Positions 54,459-64,000 of a DNA stretch of 64,000 nucleotides are shown here, piece by piece. Below the pieces are notes generated by a model. The model saw only the letters and a program-made list of their open reading frames with translations. It made no database searches and was not told the DNA's origin. The stretch lies in assembly GCA_951406725.2 (NCBI GenBank), contig OX597820.1, forward strand, positions 33,790,001 to 33,854,000. Reading direction: 5' to 3'. This DNA is from Octopus vulgaris. Lineage: Eukaryota. Made by a program: the position numbers and the translations under genes. The stretch's first letter is position 1, and every line of letters starts with the position of its first letter.

Positions 54459-57312
54459 CTTAACTCCATGTCCTTGCTTTTTGCTTTTGAGCCAAAAAAA
54501 TTAACTAACTAACTAAGGACTATTGTAGGATCTTTTTGATACCACCAGTAAATTTATCAGATAAAGAAATGCCATGCATTTAACCTAACATTACCAATAA
54601 CAAAAGAACTGCTTAAAACACTTGTTGCAATTGTTGGGTATCACCTGCAGTGAAAGTGAATGGGGGTAGTAATCCTGGATGTTAAGCAACCTATAAGTAT
54701 GCCATGGTTCTTATGAAAGCACATCCTTAATTAGGACCACTTCTTTCAAGCCATTATTGATATTCTACAAAGCTGAAGTGATGCCTGCTCTCACATTTGA
54801 AGCTGATGCCACTGCTACTATTGCCCCCTAGACTTTAGTCAGTAAAAGAGTGTGTTGCTCACAAACCAGTTCTAGCTCTTGGTTCATAGGCATGCTGGCA
54901 CCTGCTGTTCAGAACAGGCTAAGCTCAAGCTAATCTCTTATGATTAGGCCCTGCCTAATTACTATTGCCAGTTCTTCCCTGTCATGGCTACCTCTCTGCC
55001 CTTATCTTTCTAACAAGTATAGACTGATGAAGGTTCAAGTGGAACATTAATGACATGAATTTTACTGACCTTGGAGGGCTTGCAAATGTTATAGACTGCC
55101 CCTTCCCTAAGACAAAGTAGTTGGTGAAATTACTACTCCAGCACTAATTGTTATGTAAAAAAAAAAGTGGTTGGTATTAGGAAGAGCATCCAGCCATAGA
55201 AATGACAAATCAGACAGGAGTCTGGTGCAGCTCACCAGCTTTGGTCAAACATCCAACTCATGCCAGCATGGACGACAGATGTTTAATGACAACTTCTAAG
55301 CTTCAATCAATTTTGAAAAATATCCAATAGTGCTAGCATGGCTGTGTGGCAAAAAGTTTGCTTCCCAACCATGCAGTCTTAGGTTCAGTCCACACAGTAC
55401 TGCACCTTAGGCAAGTATCTTCCACTATAGTCCTGGATTGACCTAAGTTTTCTAAGTATATTTAGTATGTGGAAACTAAAAGCTTGTTTGTGTCTCCTAC
55501 ATAATTGCTTCACAGCTGATGTTGGTTTATGTTCAAGTAACTTACTGGTTCACCAAACAGAGAATGATAGAATAAGTACCAGGCTCAAAAATGTGTATTG
55601 GATGTCAATTTGTTCAGCTAAACCTGTCATGGCAGTACCCCAGCATGGTTAAAATTCAAAGACTGAAATATATAAACAATGAAGAATTTGAGGAGGTTAA
55701 TAAAATTACTCCTTTTTGACTCTTTAACCATATTTTTGTTGAAATATAATGCCTTTCAATTAATTTTTGGAAAGTTAACTTAAAAACAATTTTCCAATTT
55801 AGGTGGTGTTACACCACAAAAAAAAAATTATTATACAGCTGAGAATGGTCTTGGCTGAGTTAGTAATAAAAAGATTAATCAATCTGTAACTGAAAAATTC
55901 TTTAAATAGCTTTAATTTAAATGCAAATATTTTCAAAAAATAAAATCAGTAAAAATGGCTTTTGTATCAGAGAGCTGGAGGCTACTAAAGGAATTCAGAA
56001 ATGCAGGGTACATTAAAAACGGATATATTAAAATCACTAAAAACTTAACTTTGTCATGACCACATTCCAAAATAAATATTTGTCTATGGCATTTCCAGTC
56101 AAGAACTCTAATAAAATTTTTTTTCAATAATACTTTCTATTAAACTGGTGTTTGAATCAGCCCTTCAAATATGCTTACAAGAATGATTTGGTAAAAACTG
56201 TTTTAAAATAAAGCTGATACCAAGAAGATTAAACTGCTTGGATCCAGCCCACTTCTCAATACCATGTGTAAAATGGCCAACATGGAAGAATTCATTGTAT
56301 CTCGAGTATATATCCCCACGCCCTTGAACAAAAACTTCATACTTTGCTTAGTGGATAACTGATTAAGATTTCAACAAAAAAAAAAAAAAAAAAAAAAAAA
56401 TCCCTGTAGATACATTGTCCATTTCTTTCCTATCATTACAGTCCTTGTACTACTGTAAATTATATAATAGTTTTATAGGTAATAGAACTAATCTGTAACA
56501 AATACTTCAGAGACATTAGGCATCCAGTTCATTATCACTAATCAAAAGATTTTTTTAAAAAGTTTTTTTTTTTAAATGCCTCAAACATTTTGTGACACGT
56601 CACGACTGGTCTATTCATCTAAACTTCATTTTATAGAGGATAATGAGCTAGGATAACTAACATGATTCAGGGTGTTTCTAACACTTCATTATGCATATAT
56701 AAACTGATGCATTTCTGAAAGCGGGTGGACATGTTGAGTGCAGTCTTGCATTTGTGTAACTTTTAGTTTTGTATAATCATCCAGCAGAGATAGGATAGGC
56801 TCTAAATTTCAGTCACTGCTTAGATTTATACAAATTAACACTAGAAATTCAGGGGAAGGCAGAAATAAGGAAAAAAAGCAGAGTGTATGAAATCAATTTC
56901 TGACTTATATCTTTTAGAAAACTATATTATAGCATTTAACTACGAAAGAGAAGGAAAACGAAAAGTTGAAGTTAGCATTAGTAGGGCTTTCAAATCTAGA
57001 AGATTTTAATGGTAGTGCATTAAACACAGAAACATGTATACAAAGAGAGAAAATAATAAATCAGCTTTAATTTGGATATGGTTTCTAAAAAATTTTTATA
57101 CCTTAATCGGAGGATGGGCAAACACCTATAGCTTTTGCTTTTATAGTCTTCACTCTCCACACTGAAACCCAGTGGAAACGGATGCAAAAATCCAGATCCC
57201 TTAGTTTTCTAAAGACCACAGACTCAATGAAAATTATCTAATGATCAAATCATTTGATTTTAAAAAAATATTTAGAAATTAATACAAATTAGCCAGTTAT
57301 GTATTTTTAAAA

Positions 57313-57318
57313 TTTATT
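57313..57318 (-). terminator. Candidate cyclin A polyadenylation signal AATAAA
   Basis: TGTAAATAAA on the - strand about 1.7 kb after the stop, within a transposon-poor U-rich tract. Confidence 0.4.
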
Positions 57319-59052
57319 TACAAATAGCTTATATAAATTTTAGATAGCGATACCACCATTTATTTTATAAGAAAATGAAAAATGGTGTGATTTCGGTGGA
57401 TTCCAGAAATTAAGGCATAATAATAGAAAGGCAGAGCTAATTTGAAAACTCAAGCAAGTGGACAAATATAAAAACACAAGGCAGTTATTCGCACACATTC
57501 TCACGAGGATTTTCTTTGTTACATCTTAGACCAGAGGTAAGAGTAAAGACAAACTACTCGGTTATGTACTTCTGACTACTCTGCCAGCAAACTCCTGGGA
57601 GTAGGGATCCCATACATGACACACACACCATAATTCTGTGTCATGATACAAATCGACAGCTTTCACTGCAGGGGCTGACACTTGAGTGACTTTGCCATGA
57701 AAGGGCTGCAATTTTCAAGATAACACTACACCCACCTGGCAAAAAACCCAACTTCTGATCCAAATCTACCTTAATAAAAAAAAAAAAATCCATTGTTTTA
57801 ATTCTACCCCACAAAAAAAAAAAAAAATCTATATGTCTATTCAATCAGTTAATGCGAAACAGGAAAATACAACTACAGGACTGGTGCATAGGTCAATTTG
57901 AACCTCCAAGTTAAGCTGCACTAAAGTAGCTTCTCTGAATTTTTTATTTTTTTATTTAATTGCTACTAGCAATCTTCACTTCTTACTCTAGAAATTTATA
58001 CAAACTAAGAATTTTCCAAAGTGCTGCCCACTTCTTACTAACATTTTAGTAAATTAGCTCGTTTAAAAAAGTAAAAACAAAAAAAAAAAAGAAAACCCTC
58101 ACATGGAAGATCAGAATGAGAGATGGGAGTAAGAAATTTTGGGGAAAAAAAAATTATACAACATGAGTACATACAAAGTGACAATTACAGATTTTATAAC
58201 AAAAAAGCTGCCTCCCAAGAGCTGTACCAGAAGATCCAAGAAGGTTTGGATCTCATTTAACAACAAAGACCAAGTGAGTTGAGTAACCACAGGCCACCAT
58301 CATTACAACACAAACTATATATATATATTCAACTTAGACACCCAGAACAAAAGATATTTAAAACACACCTAATATACATGATAGAGTTTCTTTTTGTAAA
58401 TTATTAACACTATTAAAACATGCTTACATACATTAAATATACATACATCCAAATGGCTATACTATACTATACACATTTTAGAACTATATACAGATAATAA
58501 CCTAGAGATTGTGTATATACATTTACAATATGTACATGACATTATGCAATATCATACACACACACACACACACAGAGTCACATATACACACTCCTGCACT
58601 TGTCATACACCCTCGCACATCACAAACACACATACAACCACATATTACTACACAACGAATATTAAAAGTCATCTTTTTCTGTGTTCATACATGATTTACC
58701 CTTCATAGAAACTATGTACAAGTTTTGAAAACTTCTTTTAATTTGAAATGAAGGGGAGGAATTTAAAAAAAAAAAGCTTTCTCGTTTCTGCATTAAAATA
58801 GACTAAAAAGATTTCTTCAGTAGACAGAAGAGAAGACTAAACTGGCATGGTCTACCTTGGTCTTACAAGTTCACATTTTACACTTTGATATCAAATCACT
58901 TTCGCATCGTATGCAAGAATATATATTCTTGGGAACAGAAGAAACTATATTCGGTCTCGTTTCTTCACACTTTTTCTACAAATTCAAAAAGAAATGAAAC
59001 TGATGTGGAGAGTAGAAAATATTCCTTTTCTCTTTTCTTTTCTAATTTTTTC

Positions 59053-59110
59053 TTAAGCGACCTTGAAATTTTTTATCTGTAATGGAGGAATTGTTGCCAC
59101 CTTCAAGAAC
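59053..59110 (-). CDS. CCNA: Cyclin A last coding exon ((K)FLKVATIPPLQIKNFKVA*)
   Basis: tgtttttctag| acceptor completes AAG in phase; V..IPP resembles cyclin A C-termini; TAA at 59055-59053. Confidence 0.8.
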
Positions 59111-62100
59111 CTAGAAAAACAGAAGGACATAAGTATTAAGATCAAAATCAAATAAAAATATAAAATCAACTTTACTATAAGCACAAGGCCTGAAATTTGT
59201 GGAGTAGGGACAAGTCAATTACATCAACCCCAGTGCTAAACAAGTACTTAAAACCACAAAGCATTTTGTCCAGCATACTTGTGATTCTGCCAGCTCACTG
59301 CTCTCAATAATGATTTTAATTATGGCACAAGGTCAGCAATTTTGAGGTGAGAGGACAAATTGATTACATTGACCCCAGTGCTCAACTGGTACTTATTTTA
59401 TCAACCCAAAAGAGTGAAAGGCAAAGTCAACTTCGGCAGAATTTGAAGTCAGTGAGTCAGAAGAAATGCCAAGAATCATCTCTGATGCATTAACAATTCT
59501 GCCTGCCCACCACCACCACCTTAATAATAACCTGAGACACATGCACACAATTATAGAAGTGCACAATAAAAATGCTATGGTTGCATGAAAAGTACATCAG
59601 TAAGATGCATCTGCAAGTAGCGTATGTAATTTAGCTGCTGGTCACTTCTGACTTAGCCGACTACATAATTAAAGCATTGGAATTAAGCAAACTTGTGATC
59701 AGTGTGACTAGCACAAAGGATAGCTTACATCCAAAACTATGCTAAACACTTCTCTAAGATGCAGAAACCCGCCAAGTAAGTACTTTATTATTTAACCCTT
59801 TCGTTACCAACCTGGCTGAAACTGCCTCTGGCTCTGTAGTACAAATAACTTGTTTACATAAGTTTTGAATTAAAATTTTCCACCAAACCTTAGTCATAAT
59901 TTATGTTCCTAACACTAGCTTAATAACTAAATTCTTTGTTATATTTAAAGTAATTGAAACACAGAGCATCTCAAAATAAATACAGTAACAAAAGGCTTAA
60001 TGTCCACTTTCCTAAACTTAAATAGAATTTGTTGGAATAGATTTCATACAATTGGATGCCCTTTCTGTTGCCAACCCTCATGCATTTTCGAGGAAGGTAA
60101 TATTTCTTATAGATACATTTCTCACAGAAGACTGGAATTGAACAACATATCTATGATGGTGATACTTGTTAACAACCTTCAAGTCATTTCTTGAGAAGAG
60201 TACACACAATGGGCTTATTTTAGTTTTCATCTACCAAATCCATTTACAAGATTATGATTGGCTGGTGACTTTAGAACACATTTGTCCAAGGTATCACACA
60301 ATAGGACTGAATCCAAGACCACATTGTCGGGAAGCAAGCTTCTTACCCACACAGTCAGGCTTGCGCCCACTTCATTAGTGTTAACTTAAACTTTACATTA
60401 TTCTGACACACAGCTCAGTTGTGAAAGACCAGTCATCGTTCACGCATGTGACTTTGAAGTGCTCTCTTAACCAGTCTGCTCGGTATGGCAACTGTTCAAA
60501 CATACATTCAACAGAATTTACTATGGAATTTTCACTAGTGTTTAAATTTGGAGCATCATTCTTATACAATGAAAACCTGTAGTCAGTCAAAGACAGTAGT
60601 AAGGCAGCATAGGACAAACATCTGTTTTAATGTCTACCTTTTGCATGCTTGTATGAGCAAGACAGAAATTGAGGCAGATTTTCCACTGTTGGATGCATTC
60701 CTAATACCCTTATCTATTCCTAAGCAATATTGCTCCATGGCCAGACATGTTTTTTATGGAAGACTGAAAACAATGTGTGGCAGTGATACATTTACACCAT
60801 CATGTAAAGTCAAGACAAGCACACACAAAGAGGATGGGTTTCTTCCAGTTTCTGCCTGCCAAATTCAGTCACAAGGATTTGGTTGATGCAGGGATATTAC
60901 AGAAGACACTTGCCCAAGGTGCCATGCAATGGCACTGAACTCGAGACCACGTAGTTGGGAAGCAAGATTTTCAACCACATGATCACACCTGTACCTCATT
61001 TATTCTAAACTGAAGTTTTCCTTCATCATTCTGATCCAATCTATGCATGAACAAAATCACAGAAACTTAGCATAAAATAAGCATGAAGATACATAGAATA
61101 CAACATGGAATGGTATAGTTAATGCTTACCAAAGTCAAATTGTGAAAGAAAGCATGAGATGCTACAATACTTACTTGTCGGAACTGTATTTTAAATAAAT
61201 CGCCTGTTGTGCATGCTTGCTTGCAGATTTGTGGGTCACATACAACAGTTTCACACACGATTGGAAGTCTGACACGGAATACCCAGTTAGCTGTTCAAGT
61301 TCAGCAACCTAGAACCATGGGGAAGAGAGTGAAGTGGGAAGGTTAGCAAGCTTAAAAAGTATTAGAATAGGAGTAAACAAGAGCTTTGACATGGGAGCTC
61401 AACATGCTAGAAATTATGTTTCCGATTCAGGCCCAAGCCCAGGAATTTTGAGTGGGATGGGGTTATAGCAAATACGATCAACCTTCAAAAGGTCAAACTG
61501 CAAAGTTGACCCTAGTGGGATTTGAACCTAAAGAGCTGAAAGAAATACAGCAAAACAGTTTTCCTATGCTGCAACAATTCTGCCAGCTAGCTTACATAAT
61601 TATTTAATGTCATGGTTCCATGCCTGCATGGGTTGGACAGCTTGACAGGCTCTGAAAAATACAGAGCCCCAATGTCTGCTTTTGGCATGGTTTCTATGAC
61701 TGGATGCCTTTCCTACTTCCGACCACTTCAGAGTGTACTGGGTTCCTTTTTCATCCATGCAGCCCACAAGGCCAAGATCCCTTTGACAGAGTAGGGCCAG
61801 TGACATGCTAAAAGATGAATTTAAGTGTGAAAGTAGAGGCCAGAACAGAATCGGTTTCTTGTTGTAGAGGAGCTACATGGTTATCCACATTATAGAACAC
61901 GGCATGTGAGAGTGGCTGACCATTCAAATTACATGGTTAAAAACAAAAAAGGATAGATAGTGTTGGTCATTGGTCACAGCCTCTTTATCTGTGGCTAAAT
62001 TATACTGGGATGGTTAGGGGCCTGTCCAATAGAAACAAGTTAAAAAAAAAAAAAAAAAAAAAAAAAATTACTATAAACACACAACCCACAAAATTTGTTG

Positions 62101-63281
62101 GTTTCCTATATTGTATTTCCATGCTTGTATAAGTCAAACTTTATTGAGGTGAATATGACCAGACATTTTCACGGAATATTAGAAATTAATAACACTGCTT
62201 GTATATGACTTACATTTACAACTATGAGATGGCGTCAAATCAAGGAGACAAACATTCTCACACACACACACACTTTCAGTGTACCAAATCCACTTACAAG
62301 GCCTTTGTCAGTTTGGGGCTATCATAGAAAACCCATGCAGTGGTACTGAACCCGAAACTATATGGTTGGGAAGCAAACTTAACCACACAGCCACATCTGC
62401 ACTTATGTGGCTGTGTGCTTATAAAGGGTATAACTGTCAATGAAATACATATATAAATAACCTACCCATGACACTTCACAGCCCAAAGTTTTTGCAGCAA
62501 GGAAGAAAGCGGCAGCAGCAATGATGCTAGGTTTATACTGGAGATAAGGGTCAGCATCCAGCAAGGTTAACTCAAGAAGAAACTGGAAAGTAGGAGGGGG
62601 CAAAATAAAAAATTTAATTGAACAGAAAACAATATATTTATTACATTAAAATTTTCATCTTAAGGTACTATTTTTCTTTTGAAAATTAGTATATAATTTG
62701 TAATAAGCACCAACAAATTTGATAAAAGTTAAAATTATAATTATTGTATGTATACTATTTTTCTTTACAATTCCCTAAGTGGCAAAAGTATACTTCCAAA
62801 ATTACCTATCATACAAGTAGTTACTATATTTTCCAGTATACAAGTCAAATGTTTCAGACCAAAATTTACAGCCAGAAAAGGTAGATTGACTTATATTTGA
62901 AGACAACTTCGGAAGATTAAAAAATTCAATGTGAAATGCAAGATTTGGAAAGATAGTGACGATGTTTTCACCATATAAGACATCAACTTGTATGATGGAA
63001 AATGCAGTAAATAAAGAGCTGATAGAATCAAAGATATCTGAATAAGGAAATCTAAAAGGAAAACTTCACAGGCAAAAATGTAGAGGAAAAAAAAAAAGCT
63101 GATGGAAAGGTATTAATGTATCACTTAAAAAGTTATTTAACCAACTTACTCTAGCCAAATATTGAAACTGTTTCTTGTCTAGTGTAGCTTCATGAAAATA
63201 GTGGTCCAAGAATGTTGTGGCAGTAGGAACAGCAACAGTGAATGACAAAACCTTCAAAATCAGTTGCTCCATTTTCAAAAC
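59053..63281 (-). CDS. CCNA: Cyclin A, partial (3' four coding exons): complement(join(59053-59110,61175-61308,62466-62582,63150-63281)); 5' part beyond the window end
   Basis: Joined translation VLKMEQLILKVLSFTVAVPT...LAR|FLLELTLLDADPYLQYKPSIIAAAA...SW|VAELEQLTGY...HAQQAIYLKYSSDK|FLKVATIPPL... matches the cyclin A C-terminal fold (DADPYL, HAQQ-I--KY). GT-AG junctions, phases 0,0,2. Confidence 0.92.
61175..61308 (-). CDS. CCNA: Cyclin A exon (VAELEQLTGY...HAQQAIYLKYSSD)
   Basis: ttctag| acceptor, AA|gtaagt donor, 134 nt. Confidence 0.9.
62466..62582 (-). CDS. CCNA: Cyclin A exon (FLLELTLLDADPYL...CEVSW)
   Basis: ttccag| acceptor, TGG|gtaggt donor, 117 nt. Confidence 0.93.
63150..63281 (-). 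CDS. CCNA: Cyclin A exon (VLKMEQLILKVLSF...FQYLAR)
   Basis: caacag| acceptor, AGA|gtaagt donor, 132 nt, end of cyclin box. Confidence 0.92.
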
Positions 63282-64000
63282 CTGTTGAGGAAACAAATAT
63301 AGATTCATAAATTGTTACTTTAGAGGCCATCCTAAATCTTTGAGACTGTAGCACTTGAAATACATTACTAATCTATTTTAGTGATATGTTTTAATTTAGA
63401 TCACTTTAAAACAGGGAGGTTGTATTGTAGAAGTGATCCCAGCAGGCATGGTATCAAAAGGATTAAGTGACAATCCCTCTTCATTATCACTCATCCTTTA
63501 CTCACTACCACTACACTCACCTAGCACTCTTCACTGTTCACGTTTTTGCAGAACCTCTTTACCAACAATAAAGTTAAGGAAACTTTCACTATTTTTATTT
63601 TTCTCTTCCATTAGAGCCGTCTATCCCTTTTTCACTTTCATCAATTGTCATGCAAGGAAAATGAGACCCCTTGGTACTGATGAATGAATGGAGGCAACAT
63701 ATGGCAGAGAGGGACCATATGCCGATGCCATAAAATAGTGGTGATGAGCTGTCTGAGTGTTCCCTCAAAATACAAGGTGAGTAGGAGTATAGGTAGGTAA
63801 AGGTTGTGTGTGTGAGAGAGGGAGAGAGATTAAATATAATGAAGAACAAGTGTAGAGGGATATGTAGGTGACAATTGTAGGAAATGGATTGGGTTGAGGG
63901 GGTAGTTGTAGTGAATGGAGGATAAGGAGTAGGGTTATCAATGATGCACAAGTCAAGGGGAAGTAGGGGAGAGTAGGAGAGGATTGACAGTGCAGAAAAG

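Overview
AT-rich, repeat-dense eukaryotic DNA, most likely an invertebrate. The SINE/RTE/MITE families and (TA)n load resemble Octopus (inference from recalled repeat sequences). Two convergent spliced genes can be assembled by hand. (1) A complete PRMT1-type protein arginine methyltransferase on the + strand: 10 coding exons, 5202-46129, 347 aa, all GT-AG with consistent phases, with a 23-kb first intron. (2) The last four coding exons and 3' UTR of a cyclin A gene on the - strand (63281-59053); its 5' part lies beyond the window. The rest is mostly degenerate transposons: RTE LINEs, tRNA-derived SINEs, Tc1/mariner and hAT remnants, piggyBac/hAT/Merlin-type MITEs, a solo LTR and fold-back hairpins. 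I found no new multi-gene system. The best leads are a probable bidirectional promoter with a divergent spliced transcript, a CpG-retaining island in PRMT1 intron 1 with a candidate alternative first exon, and several long hairpins inside the transcription unit.
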